A stretch of DNA of 64,000 nucleotides. Source: Minisyncoccia bacterium (lineage in GTDB: Bacteria > Patescibacteriota > Minisyncoccia > Phycocordibacterales > UBA9973). The translations under genes were made by a program, and so were the position numbers. Positions within the stretch are counted from its first letter, which is position 1; each line of letters starts with the position of its first letter. Location of the stretch: contig JBDHUR010000003.1 of NCBI GenBank assembly GCA_039809265.1, forward strand, positions 15,274 to 79,273. Reading direction: 5' to 3'. The notes beneath the pieces are model-generated. The model did no database searches. It was not told the DNA's origin and saw only the letters and a program-made list of their open reading frames with translations. This document shows positions 18,872-29,053 of the stretch, piece after piece.

Positions 18872-19933
18872 ATGGAAAATGATTTTATTTTAAAAATTGT
18901 TTCTGCTGGAGGCATGGCTCCGTCTGGAGATAATATGCAGCCATGGAAGACAACATGGGATGGAGAGACGCTCCGTTTGTATTTAGAAAAAAAAGCAGAT
19001 ACTTCTGTTTATAACACAGATGAATGTGGATCTTATATTGCATGTGGCGCTTTTATTGAAAACGTTAGATTGATGGCAGCGTCATTGGGGTATGCAGCAA
19101 ATATTTCTTTTTTTCCTAATACAACAACAGATCCATTTTATATTGCAAATATTATTTTTATTAAAAATACACCTACTGAATTAGAAACTGCTTCTTTTAT
19201 CAACAAAAGACATTCAAACAGAAAAAAATATTTCAAAAAAGAAATACCATCGGAATTAATCTCTATCTTTAATTTAATTGATCCATCTGTTAAAATTATT
19301 ACAGATAAATTTTTAAGAAATACTATCTTTGATATAGCTAGTTTAAATGAATATTTTATCCTACATAATAATCATGTTAGAAATGGTCTTATGAAGACTA
19401 TTCGTTGGAGCTCAAATGAAGAAGAAATTAGTCGTACTGGTTTATTTTTTAAAACACTTGAACTTAATTTAGGTCAATTATTTTTCTTTCGGAGATTTAC
19501 CAAACCTTTTTTTGTTAAAATCTTAAATTTTTTAGGTTTTCCAAAAATTTTACAAAAATCTGCAAAAAATCTATATTCAACATCATCAGCTGTAGGAGCT
19601 ATCACAATTAAAAGTATGAGCCCCCAAGATTTAGTATCTGCAGGTATTGTTATAGAAAAGATTTGGCTTATAGCAACAGAAAAAGGATTAGCTTTCCAGC
19701 CGATAACTGGTATTCCTTATTTGATTTCTGCGATGAATAAAAATTCAAAAATATTTTCTATAAATGAACAAAAATTATTAAAAGATGCTGATTTTTCTTT
19801 AAGGAAAATATTTAAGCTGCCTCCATTAGATCAATTTGGTATGATATTTAGATTAGGTTATGCTAATAAAGCAAGCGCTATTTCTAAAAGGAAATCCATT
19901 CATTCATTTCATGAATTTATAAATAATCTATGA
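18872..19933 (+). CDS. Nitroreductase-like FMN oxidoreductase (Acg/TyzC-like)
   Basis: APSGDNMQPW, CGAFIEN, RHSNRKKY, AG..IEKIWL.AT..GLAFQP, FRLGY. Confidence 0.85.
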   Translation: MENDFILKIVSAGGMAPSGDNMQPWKTTWDGETLRLYLEKKADTSVYNTDECGSYIACGAFIENVRLMAASLGYAANISFFPNTTTDPFYIANIIFIKNTPTELETASFINKRHSNRKKYFKKEIPSELISIFNLIDPSVKIITDKFLRNTIFDIASLNEYFILHNNHVRNGLMKTIRWSSNEEEISRTGLFFKTLELNLGQLFFFRRFTKPFFVKILNFLGFPKILQKSAKNLYSTSSAVGAITIKSMSPQDLVSAGIVIEKIWLIATEKGLAFQPITGIPYLISAMNKNSKIFSINEQKLLKDADFSLRKIFKLPPLDQFGMIFRLGYANKASAISKRKSIHSFHEFINNL

Positions 19934-21567
19934 TTTTTAATCTCGAAATTAACATATCTTTAGTCATCGTTGGTTTAGCAATCGCAATCAGTTTGATACT
20001 TGGTGCTATTGTTTTTTTAAGCAATATTCGGAGCTATACAAACATTGCATTCGCTATCTTTTCTATTCTATCTATTTCCTGGAATGTATTAAATTTTCTT
20101 TTTTATCAACCACATGATAGTACTGCTGTAGCCTTATTACTACTCCGTCTTCAGGTTTTTTTTGCTATCTGGTATTGTTTCGCATTACTGATTCTTTTTT
20201 ATATATTTCCAAAAGAAAAGACTGATATAAAAAAATGGTATAAATTTGGAATATTGCCATTGACTATTATTGTTTCATTTATGACTCTTACACCACTTGT
20301 ATTTAAACAAGTAACAAAACTAGATAGTTTGGGTAGAGTTGCTAGTGTTGAAAATAATTGGGGCGTTATAATTTTTGGAATAACTGTAACTACCATATTA
20401 GGCATAGCTTTTGTTAATCTGGTTAATAAATTCCAAAAATCTTATAAAGAAGAAAAGAAAAAATTAAGTCTGATACTAATAGGAGCAACAACAACTTTTA
20501 TTTTTCATATTATATTTAATATGATATTGCCTAGTTTTTTTGAAATAAGTAAATTTACTGAATTCGGAGCACTTTTTACTTTACCATTTAGTGCGTTAAC
20601 AGCATACGCAATCATAAAATTTAAATTATTTAATGTAAAAGTTGTTTCTGCTGAGTTGTTGGCTTTTATCTTATGGATTTTTATTTTCATTAGAATTTTG
20701 ATAGCAGAAAATCTAAGAGAACAATTCATAAATAGTATTATGTTTGTAGTTGTTGTTATTGTTGGAATTTTCCTTATCCGTTCTGTTTTAAGAGAGGTTG
20801 ATCAACGTGAAAAACTTGCAAAACTAGCAAACGAGCTTGAAACATCTAATGAAAAACTAAAATCTTTAGATACATTAAAAACAGAATTTTTATCATTAGC
20901 ATCTCATCAGTTACGAAGTCCGTTGACCGCAATAAAAGGTTACTCTTCCATGCTTCTAGAGGGCTCTTATGGGGTTTTGGCAGATACTACCCAGCGTGAG
21001 GCGATAGAAAGGATATTCCAATCCAGTACAGCTTTAGCAAAAACTGTAGAAGATTTCTTAAACGTTTCCAAGATAGAACAGGGTGGGATGAAATATGAAT
21101 TTGATGAAATAGATATATCTAAACTTGCAGAAGAGATAGTAAACGAATTGTTAGTATCAGCAGAGTCAAGAGGATTGAAGCTTACTTTCAGTACTATAGA
21201 CAAGGGCCCTTATATTGCTAGAGTTGATGCAAACAAGATACGCCAAGTGTTACTGAACTTTATAGACAACGGCATAAAATATACAAAAGAAGGTTTTGTA
21301 AGCGTGCGTGTAGGTAGAGATAGTGATAGTAAAAAAATAATTTTCTCAGTGGAAGACTCTGGTATGGGCATGACTCCAGAAATAAAATCACAACTTTTCC
21401 AAAAATTTTCTAGAGGTAATGGTGCGAGAATGAATACCGGTGGATCAGGATTAGGGCTTTATCTTGCAAAAGAAATAGTGAGGGCACACAATGGTACTGT
21501 AAATGTAAGCTCTCCTGGGCTTGGCAAAGGATCTACTTTTTATGTGACTCTACCAGCTTTAGGGTAG
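19930..21567 (+). CDS. Sensor histidine kinase with multi-TM N-terminal sensor (HisKA_7TM-like)
   Basis: About 8-9 hydrophobic helices; H-box ASHQLRSPL, N-box NFIDNGIKYT, DSGMG, GSGLGL, GKGSTF. Confidence 0.93.
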   Translation: MIFNLEINISLVIVGLAIAISLILGAIVFLSNIRSYTNIAFAIFSILSISWNVLNFLFYQPHDSTAVALLLLRLQVFFAIWYCFALLILFYIFPKEKTDIKKWYKFGILPLTIIVSFMTLTPLVFKQVTKLDSLGRVASVENNWGVIIFGITVTTILGIAFVNLVNKFQKSYKEEKKKLSLILIGATTTFIFHIIFNMILPSFFEISKFTEFGALFTLPFSALTAYAIIKFKLFNVKVVSAELLAFILWIFIFIRILIAENLREQFINSIMFVVVVIVGIFLIRSVLREVDQREKLAKLANELETSNEKLKSLDTLKTEFLSLASHQLRSPLTAIKGYSSMLLEGSYGVLADTTQREAIERIFQSSTALAKTVEDFLNVSKIEQGGMKYEFDEIDISKLAEEIVNELLVSAESRGLKLTFSTIDKGPYIARVDANKIRQVLLNFIDNGIKYTKEGFVSVRVGRDSDSKKIIFSVEDSGMGMTPEIKSQLFQKFSRGNGARMNTGGSGLGLYLAKEIVRAHNGTVNVSSPGLGKGSTFYVTLPALG

Positions 21568-21578
21568 AGATGCGTATA

Positions 21579-22976
21579 TTATTTTTTAAAAATCGTTGTT
21601 CCTGTATCTCCATCAGATACTTCATAACCAAGGCTAGAAAGCGAGTCGCGAAGGCGATCACTTTCTAGCCAGTTTTTATCTTTGCGGGCTTGATCGCGAG
21701 CAGAAACCAAGTTTGCTATTTCTTGCGGCAAGGGTTCATTTTTTTGTTTTCCCAATTCAAGCCCGAGTACTTTGTCTATTCCAAGAAGTGTGGCTTTCTT
21801 CACCTCGTCTGGAATATCCATATCCTTTAAAAGCTCCCAGACCACAGCCAGGGCTTGCGGCATATTTAGGTCGTTGTTTATTGCCTTTCCAAACCTGTCA
21901 ATGTATCCTTTGTCAGCTTCACCGATATCTTCTCCAAGTTCTATGTAGTGTCTGTATAGCTTGTGCAATGCGCTTGCTGCAGCATCCAAAGATTCCCAGG
22001 TAAAGTTTAGCGGAGATCTATAATGTCCTGTGAGGTAGAAATACCGAAGTGCTAGCGGGCTATATCCTTTGCTCTCTATGTCGTGCAGGTTATAGGCATT
22101 GCCGAGGCTTTTACCCATCTTTCCTCCGTCTACTTGAAGAAATGCTCCGTGCAGCCAATATTTTACAAACGGAGCTTTGCCTGTAGCGCCTTGAGCTTGG
22201 GCTATCTCGTTTGGATGGTGAGTACTTTTCAAATCCTCCCCACCTATGTGCAGGTCAAACTGCTGGCCCAAGTACTTCATGCTCATAGCTGAGCATTCGA
22301 TATGCCATCCAGGAAAGCCAACACCCCAAGGCGAATCCCACTCCATATCGCGTTTTTCTTCTTTTGGAGAAAACTTCCATAAAGCGAAGTCACGCGCATT
22401 CCTTTTTTCTTTGTTAAACTCTACTCGTGCTCCAGCCTTTATATCTTTCAAGTTGGAAAGTTCCCCATATGTAAAGCCAGATTTTTCGTATGCAGCGGTG
22501 TCAAAATAAATACCGTCATTTATTTTGTAAGTCAATCCATTTTGTTCAAGCTTTTCCACCAAGTCTATCTGCTCAGCAATGTATTCAGTTGCTTTTGTGA
22601 ATTTCTCCGGTTTTGTCAGGTTGAGTTTTACGTAGCCGGCCTGAAAGTCGTCTCCGTAAAATCTTGCCACATCCCAAGCTGTCTTGCCTTCGCGTTTTTT
22701 AGCTTTTTCCATCCTATCTACACCAGTATCAGCATCGCCTTCGTTATCTCCAGTCAGATGTCCCACGTCCGTTATGTTCATAATGTAGGTCGGCTCAAAT
22801 CCATTCCATATAAGTACTCTATTTACAATATCACCCAGAGTATATGTTCGCCAGTTACCAACTGTCACATAGTCGTAAACTGTCGGGCCACATGTGTATA
22901 TGCCGACTTTTTTATTGCTTTGTATTGGCCGAAATTCTTCTTCTTTTTTAGACAAACTGTTGTATATGGTAAGCAT
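21579..22976 (-). CDS. cysS: Cysteine--tRNA ligase
   Basis: YTCGPTVY, DFALWK, PGWHIECSAM, HHPNEIAQ, KMGKS; start at MLTIYNSL. Confidence 0.97.
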   Translation of the reverse strand: MLTIYNSLSKKEEEFRPIQSNKKVGIYTCGPTVYDYVTVGNWRTYTLGDIVNRVLIWNGFEPTYIMNITDVGHLTGDNEGDADTGVDRMEKAKKREGKTAWDVARFYGDDFQAGYVKLNLTKPEKFTKATEYIAEQIDLVEKLEQNGLTYKINDGIYFDTAAYEKSGFTYGELSNLKDIKAGARVEFNKEKRNARDFALWKFSPKEEKRDMEWDSPWGVGFPGWHIECSAMSMKYLGQQFDLHIGGEDLKSTHHPNEIAQAQGATGKAPFVKYWLHGAFLQVDGGKMGKSLGNAYNLHDIESKGYSPLALRYFYLTGHYRSPLNFTWESLDAAASALHKLYRHYIELGEDIGEADKGYIDRFGKAINNDLNMPQALAVVWELLKDMDIPDEVKKATLLGIDKVLGLELGKQKNEPLPQEIANLVSARDQARKDKNWLESDRLRDSLSSLGYEVSDGDTGTTIFKK

Positions 22977-22978
22977 GA

Positions 22979-23518
22979 TTAAAATATAATTATAATTGCA
23001 AAAATAATAATGAGACCTACGCAGGCTGCAAGCCAAGGATTTACAGGGTCTTTTTTGCCATGTATTTTCTGTTCAGTTGCTCTCAAAGCTTTATATTCCT
23101 CGTATTCCTTCAGCTCTTTGTGGGAATGTTTTGCTATTTCTTCCAAAATAAGTTTGTACACATAGTCTGCATTTTCGGAAGCCGGATTTGAAAGGCTTTT
23201 GTTTTCGGACTCCAGCAAATATCGAGCGTTGTCTAGAAATGCAAGTGCTGCATCGTGCATAGTGGCTATCTGGTTGTCAAAACGTACGAAGCGGAATGGC
23301 GCGTGCATCACTTTGCCTGTCTCTCTGTCCCATAGGGGCAAGGGAAGTGTGTGAGCAGAAATGCCATACTGCTTGGAAATAGTAGGTTTTGAATGAAGCA
23401 AGAAAAACTCTTTTATGTCAACAGGAGGTAGTTCTTCTGCTACGAAGGTAAGCTCTTCCTCTGTCGGAGCTTCCAAGTCTGTCCAGACTAGAGTTTTGTA
23501 GCGATATGTGGATATCAT
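22979..23518 (-). CDS. Truncated CorA-like protein with a single C-terminal TM
   Basis: LVWTDLEAPTEEE resembles the CorA N-terminus; no GMN motif. Confidence 0.45.
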   Translation of the reverse strand: MISTYRYKTLVWTDLEAPTEEELTFVAEELPPVDIKEFFLLHSKPTISKQYGISAHTLPLPLWDRETGKVMHAPFRFVRFDNQIATMHDAALAFLDNARYLLESENKSLSNPASENADYVYKLILEEIAKHSHKELKEYEEYKALRATEQKIHGKKDPVNPWLAACVGLIIIFAIIIIF

Positions 23519-23607
23519 CAAAGCAATTATAGCCCGCAAAAAGCCCTATTTCAAGGCATAAAATGTTTATTGACTTTTATAAGTCTCTCTGCTAATATGT
23601 ATGGACT

Positions 23608-23925
23608 ATGGAATTTGCAGTTATACAAACAGGTGGGAAGCAGTACCAAGTTTCCGCTGGAGACAAGATAAAAGTAGAGAAGCTTGGAGACGACTTGAAG
23701 GCCGGCGACAAGATTGTGTTTGACAAGGTTTTGTTGGTAGACAACGGCAAGGACACTACTATCGGCACTCCGTACATAGACGGAGCAAAGGTTGAAGCAA
23801 CTTTTGAAAAAGCTGGCCGTCATAGCAAGGTTATGGTGGTAAAGTACAAGCAGAAAAGCAGGTACCTAAAGCGCAACGGCCACCGCCAGCCGTACTCTGA
23901 AGTCAAGATAATTTCTATAAAATAA
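23608..23925 (+). CDS. rplU: 50S ribosomal protein L21
   Basis: FAVIQTGGKQYQV, GHRQPY; promoter TTGACT-17-TAATAT at 23570-23598. Confidence 0.97.
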   Translation: MEFAVIQTGGKQYQVSAGDKIKVEKLGDDLKAGDKIVFDKVLLVDNGKDTTIGTPYIDGAKVEATFEKAGRHSKVMVVKYKQKSRYLKRNGHRQPYSEVKIISIK

Positions 23926-23948
23926 AACCCCCTCCTGGGGGTTTTATT
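23921..23948. terminator. Bidirectional terminator rplU/recR
   Basis: AATAAAACCCCC-TCCT-GGGGGTTTTATT. Confidence 0.7.
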
Positions 23949-24561
23949 ATTGCCGGTTCTTCAGGGCATTTTTGAGTGTGTCTTGGTCGGAGTATTCAAG
24001 CTCTGTACCCGTAGAAAGTCCGCGCCCAAGACTGGAAATTTTTATATTTTTTTCTTCCGCAATTTTTGTCAATCTTTCCCGCACATGCATGTCAGTATGA
24101 TCACCGTTTGGGTTCAACGAAAATGCTAATATGATCTCTTTTAAATTTCCAGCTTTTGCATCCTCCTCGGCCCTGCGCACAAGTTCGTTGGTGCGAACAC
24201 GAAGTGGTGTGTCTTTCTCTACCACACTCACAAGGCCGCCAAGCACAAAGTATAGGCCCTTATAAACAGAACTTTTTTCCACAGAATCTATGTCAGTGTC
24301 TTTCTCTACCACCATGAGCAGAGATTTGTCCCTGGAAGTGTTACTGCATATACTGCACGTATCAGCATCATTTTTTTTGAAAAAACGGAAGCATTTTTTG
24401 CAGCGCACCACACTTTTCTTTATACTATTTATAGCGCCAGCCAGGTCACCAACGTAGTTTGGATCAGCTGAAAGCAAAAAATAAACAAAACGCTTGGCTT
24501 GCCGTTCGCCTATTCCTGGGAACTGCGCAAAGTAGCGCGCTAGTTTTGCTAAGTCGTCCAT
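23947..24561 (-). CDS. recR: Recombination protein RecR
   Basis: PGIGERQAKR, C4 zinc finger, Toprim domain, GTELEYSD. Confidence 0.96.
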   Translation of the reverse strand: MDDLAKLARYFAQFPGIGERQAKRFVYFLLSADPNYVGDLAGAINSIKKSVVRCKKCFRFFKKNDADTCSICSNTSRDKSLLMVVEKDTDIDSVEKSSVYKGLYFVLGGLVSVVEKDTPLRVRTNELVRRAEEDAKAGNLKEIILAFSLNPNGDHTDMHVRERLTKIAEEKNIKISSLGRGLSTGTELEYSDQDTLKNALKNRQ

Positions 24562-24564
24562 AAA

Positions 24565-25959
24565 TTAAAAATCGTTGAATGTTACTTGTCCTCCGCTTTG
24601 ACTCGCACTGAAGCCTTGGTCGTTCTTTTCTATGGAAAGAAAAGAGGTGGTTTTCTCGTCAAAGTAAAGTTCCACTTTGCCCACAGGGCCATTTCTGTGT
24701 TTTTCTATTAAAATCTCTGCCACATTTGGTTTCTCAGAATTGTCATTGTATTTATCTTCTCTGTGGATAAACATTACTACGTCTGCATCTTGTTCTATGG
24801 ATCCAGAGTCACGCAGGTCGGACAAGCGAGGCTTGCCGCCGCGGGATTCTACAGCACGAGATAGCTGGGAGAGCGCTAGCACCGGTACATCCAGCTCACG
24901 CGCCAAACCTTTGAGTGATCTGGATATTTCAGTAACTTGGTTCACCATAGAATCATAATTTTTACTTGTGGTCATAAGCTGCAGATAGTCCACGACTATT
25001 AGACCGAGGCCGTACTCGCTTTTCAGGCGTCTTGCGGCAGCGCGCATTTTTGATATAGAGTTTCCAGCTTGGTCGTCTATGTATATTGGTGCTTTGGCAA
25101 GCTTATCCAGCGAATCGCGTATGCGGGAAAATTCTTGATCTGTAGAGAGTCTGCCAGTGCGCAAGTTCCAAGCATTTACTTTGGATTCTGCTGAAAGTAG
25201 TCTTGTGGCAAGTTGTTGCGCACTCATCTCCAAAGAGAAGATGCCTACAGGTACGTTGTGTGTTGTGGCCACATTTCTGGCAATATCCAAAGCCAAAGTA
25301 GTCTTACCCATAGATGGCCGCGCCGCAAGTATTATAAGGTCTGATTTCTGAAATCCGGCAAGCATATTGTCCAAGTCTCTGTATCCTGTCGGTATGCCGC
25401 GAAGATCAGACTTGGATTCGTGCAGTTTTTCCAACTCTTCCCAAGTTTCAGAAAGAGTTTTTTTCAGCGTGGTAAACTTCTGGGTCTTTGGGTTTGAAGT
25501 TATCCCAAAAAGTTTTTTCTCGGCAGTGTCCAGTACTATGTCCAGCTCTTCATCGTTGCCGCCAAATGCTAGCTCGGCTATGTAGTCTGACGCGTCTATC
25601 AAGCTGCGCAGTGTGTGCTTTCTGTGCACTATTTCCGCATAATGTTTAGCATTTGTAGAGGACGGAACCATATTTACAAGCTCCGTTAGATATGTACGTC
25701 CGCCGACTTGTTCTAGCTGGCCTTTTTCATCTAGCTTGTTAGAAAGGGAAAGCAGGTCTATCGGCTCGTTTTTAGTAGAAAGCTCCAGCATAGACTGGTA
25801 GATGATCCTGTGTTTATCTGCATAAAAAACATCTGGCGAGATAGTATCTGAAATGTCAAAAAGTGCGCTTGGCCGCAGCATAACAGAGCCAAGTACCGCC
25901 TTCTCTGACTCCAAGCTCTGCGGCGGTATGCGTATATCACTTTTCCTTGTAGTAGCCAT
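24565..25959 (-). CDS. dnaB: Replicative DNA helicase DnaB
   Basis: PPQSLESE, AARPSMGKT, VDYLQL, SDLRDSGSIEQDAD; no intein. Confidence 0.98.
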   Translation of the reverse strand: MATTRKSDIRIPPQSLESEKAVLGSVMLRPSALFDISDTISPDVFYADKHRIIYQSMLELSTKNEPIDLLSLSNKLDEKGQLEQVGGRTYLTELVNMVPSSTNAKHYAEIVHRKHTLRSLIDASDYIAELAFGGNDEELDIVLDTAEKKLFGITSNPKTQKFTTLKKTLSETWEELEKLHESKSDLRGIPTGYRDLDNMLAGFQKSDLIILAARPSMGKTTLALDIARNVATTHNVPVGIFSLEMSAQQLATRLLSAESKVNAWNLRTGRLSTDQEFSRIRDSLDKLAKAPIYIDDQAGNSISKMRAAARRLKSEYGLGLIVVDYLQLMTTSKNYDSMVNQVTEISRSLKGLARELDVPVLALSQLSRAVESRGGKPRLSDLRDSGSIEQDADVVMFIHREDKYNDNSEKPNVAEILIEKHRNGPVGKVELYFDEKTTSFLSIEKNDQGFSASQSGGQVTFNDF

Positions 25960-26069
25960 AACTTGCTGGATTGTATCACATTGGCAGCCGCGCTTAAAAT
26001 TGCTTTCTGTATAAATGTGTGACAAACGTGTGGATTTTATAAAAACCTAAAAAGTGGTAGAATACGCAA

Positions 26070-27125
26070 ATGGAGAAGAAAATAAAAACAGTACTGACAG
26101 GAGACAGGCCTACAGGCAGGCTTCACCTAGGACACTTTGTCGGGTCTATACAAAATCGCTTGAAGCTGCAAGACGAGGCAGAGAAATCTTTTTATATGAT
26201 AGCCGATGTCCAAGCATTGACAGACAATGCCGACAATCCAGAGAAAGTTAGAAGTAATGTTCTGGAAATCGCAATGGACAACTTGGCTTGCGGACTTGAT
26301 CCAGAAAAAACAACTTTCTTCATACAATCGGGAATCCCAGAGATTGCGGAGCTGACGGTTTTCTTCATGAACTTAGTGACTTTGCAGCAACTCTCACATA
26401 ACCCGACTATAAAGTCTGAATCAGCAGAAAAAGGCTTCAGCCTTGCAACTAAGCTTTTGGACAACGAGGGCGATGAAAACAGCAAGGGCGTCCCTCTCGG
26501 CTTCTTGGCTTACCCAGTTTCTCAGTCAGCAGATATACTTGCCTTCAAGGCTACTACTGTACCTGTCGGCATAGATCAGATGCCTGTTATAGAGCAGGCG
26601 AATGATATCGCAAAAAAGTTTAACGCTATATACGACACAGGAATTTTTGAAAAGATAGAAGGTGTGGTTGGGTCTATCCCGCGCCTAGTTGGCACAGACG
26701 GCAATGCCAAGATGTCCAAATCCTTGGGCAACTGTATTTATCTTTCTTCATCAGACAAAGAGATAGAGGAGCAAGTTATGAGTATGTATACCGACCCAAA
26801 CCATTTGCGAGTGGAAGACAAAGGGAAAGTAGAAGGTAATGTTGTATTTACATATCTAGATATTTTTGACCCAAATGTAGATGAAGTGGCTGAACTTAAA
26901 AAACAATATGAAAATGGCGGTCTTGGAGATGTAGTAATAAAGAAGCGTTTGATAAAGATACTGCAGGAACTTATCGTGCCAATCCGAACACGAAGAGAAG
27001 AACTGGCAAAAAATCCAGAGGAAGTACTGCAAATACTAAAAGATGGCACAGAAAGAGCCAGAAAAACAGCTATGGAAACACTAGCGGAAGTTAAAAAAGC
27101 TTTAAAAATAAACTATTTTGGATAG
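26070..27125 (+). CDS. trpS: Tryptophan--tRNA ligase
   Basis: TGDRPTGRLHLGH, YPVSQSADI, VPVGIDQ, KMSKS. Confidence 0.97.
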   Translation: MEKKIKTVLTGDRPTGRLHLGHFVGSIQNRLKLQDEAEKSFYMIADVQALTDNADNPEKVRSNVLEIAMDNLACGLDPEKTTFFIQSGIPEIAELTVFFMNLVTLQQLSHNPTIKSESAEKGFSLATKLLDNEGDENSKGVPLGFLAYPVSQSADILAFKATTVPVGIDQMPVIEQANDIAKKFNAIYDTGIFEKIEGVVGSIPRLVGTDGNAKMSKSLGNCIYLSSSDKEIEEQVMSMYTDPNHLRVEDKGKVEGNVVFTYLDIFDPNVDEVAELKKQYENGGLGDVVIKKRLIKILQELIVPIRTRREELAKNPEEVLQILKDGTERARKTAMETLAEVKKALKINYFG

Positions 27126-27191
27126 TTTATTGCTTGATTTTATAAATAAACTGTGTTATAATGCACCTAAACAACTTAATAAATAAATAAA

Positions 27192-28982
27192 ATGAAAAGA
27201 AAAACTTACTTGAAACAAACTTTACAGTTCTTCAGGCCATTTTGGCCGTCTATAGCGATGATCGTTGGATTTATGGTTGTAGACATGATGTTGTCGCTTT
27301 TGAGTCCGTACTTATTTGGGAAAAGCGCAGATGCTGTTTTAGCCAAAGACGTAAATCATGCTTTAGTGCTTGTAGGGTTAGGCGCTCTGGTTTATATTAT
27401 GCAAACACAGGCGTTGCTTTATTTTAGAGAAAATATAGAAATCAAAAAACTTGATACGAATATAAATAGACATCTTTCAAATATTTCTCTATCAAAAATG
27501 CTTACTTTTTCTATAGGCCAGCACAACAATGAAAACTCCGGAGTAAAACAACACATAGTAAACCAAGGTCAAAATTCTTTGCCAGAAATGGTATTTCAGA
27601 TGCTTTACGAGATTGCACCTTTGGCTATAAGAGTTTTAATTACGGCAACAATTTTGTGTATTGTAGATTTTCGCTTAGGTATCTTTGTCTTACTTGCAAT
27701 AACTAGTTATTTACGAGTTACATTTATAGTAAATAAAAAATTTGTACCAACACTAATGAAGCTTCGCGAGCGGAGGCAGAGTGTAGCCAAATTTTCTTCA
27801 GAAATATATCGCAACTTCCCGCTTGTGGTTATAGAGGGTCAAGAGGAAAAAGCTAAGAAAGATTTTAGTAACACTGTTGAAGCAGTGGATCAGTTTGAAC
27901 AAAAACTTTGGCTAAATTGGAACAAAACTCTGCTCACTAACAGGTTTTTTATTTCTATCGGTCAGTGGGGAGGTCTAGCGATAGGTGTTTATCTGATAGC
28001 GCAAGGAAATATGAAAACAGGAATGTTCGTTACGTTGTCTTCTTGGCTTTCCAGTCTGTTCGGGTCACTTTATCAAGTGGGTCGCTTACAAAGAAGATAC
28101 ATAGTACTACTCTCTCAAATCAAAAAATATTTTGACATGATGGAAATAGAACCAGAAATTGTAAACACTGAAAATGCCATAAAGATTGAAGATGTGAACG
28201 GCAAAATAGAGTTTAAAGACGTCAGCTTTGCTTATCCTAAAAGAGAAACAGTTTTATCCGAGCAAGATGCTGAGGAAGCCGATGAAAAAGGTGAAATCAC
28301 TGTGCAAGACATAAGTTTTACCATAGAAGCTGGTCAAACTGTTGGTATTGTAGGTGAATCTGGTTCAGGTAAAAGTACTATTGTAAATCTCTTTCGCAGA
28401 TATCATGATCCAACAGAAGGCCAAATACTTGTAGATGATATAGACTTGAAACAAATAGATCTGCATTCATTGCGCAAACAAGTAGGTAATGTAGAACAAG
28501 AAGTTTCTCTTTTTGATACAACAATAAAAGAAAATATTTTGTTCGGCTTAAATGGTGAAGCAAAGAATTTTACGCGCGAAGATTTAGATAAAATTGCAAA
28601 GATGGCGTCTATAGACAAATTCATTGCGGAGTTAAAGGATGATTATAATACTGTGATAGGAGAAAAAGGCATTAAACTCTCTGGTGGTGAACGCCAAAGA
28701 ATTGCCATTGCCAGAGCTTTAGCAAAAAATCCAAAAATCTTGATATTTGATGAAGCAACTTCTGCGCTGGATTCTAACAACGAAAAGATTGTTCATGAAG
28801 CGATAAAGGCAAGCTCTAAAGGCAGGACCACTATCATTATCGCCCACAGACTTTCTACAGTGAAAGATGCAGACAAAATCTTGGTTATGAGCAAAGGCCG
28901 CCTTGTAGCAGAGGGCACACATGAAGAGCTTGTGCGCACAAACGCTGAGTACCAAAAGCTGGTGAAGAACCAGATATTTTAA
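27192..28982 (+). CDS. ABC exporter, fused TMD-NBD (MsbA/MdlB-like)
   Basis: N-terminal TM helices, GESGSGKS, LSGGERQR, IFDEATSALD, IAHRLST. Confidence 0.93.
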   Translation: MKRKTYLKQTLQFFRPFWPSIAMIVGFMVVDMMLSLLSPYLFGKSADAVLAKDVNHALVLVGLGALVYIMQTQALLYFRENIEIKKLDTNINRHLSNISLSKMLTFSIGQHNNENSGVKQHIVNQGQNSLPEMVFQMLYEIAPLAIRVLITATILCIVDFRLGIFVLLAITSYLRVTFIVNKKFVPTLMKLRERRQSVAKFSSEIYRNFPLVVIEGQEEKAKKDFSNTVEAVDQFEQKLWLNWNKTLLTNRFFISIGQWGGLAIGVYLIAQGNMKTGMFVTLSSWLSSLFGSLYQVGRLQRRYIVLLSQIKKYFDMMEIEPEIVNTENAIKIEDVNGKIEFKDVSFAYPKRETVLSEQDAEEADEKGEITVQDISFTIEAGQTVGIVGESGSGKSTIVNLFRRYHDPTEGQILVDDIDLKQIDLHSLRKQVGNVEQEVSLFDTTIKENILFGLNGEAKNFTREDLDKIAKMASIDKFIAELKDDYNTVIGEKGIKLSGGERQRIAIARALAKNPKILIFDEATSALDSNNEKIVHEAIKASSKGRTTIIIAHRLSTVKDADKILVMSKGRLVAEGTHEELVRTNAEYQKLVKNQIF

Positions 28983-29053
28983 AAACTTCCCATAAAGGCA
29001 AATAGTCTTTGTGGGATTTTTTATATCTAGCGTTTTATGGTAAAATACTTCCT

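Noticed and set aside
24565-25959. Intein in DnaB
   Set aside because: Normal length with continuous helicase motifs.
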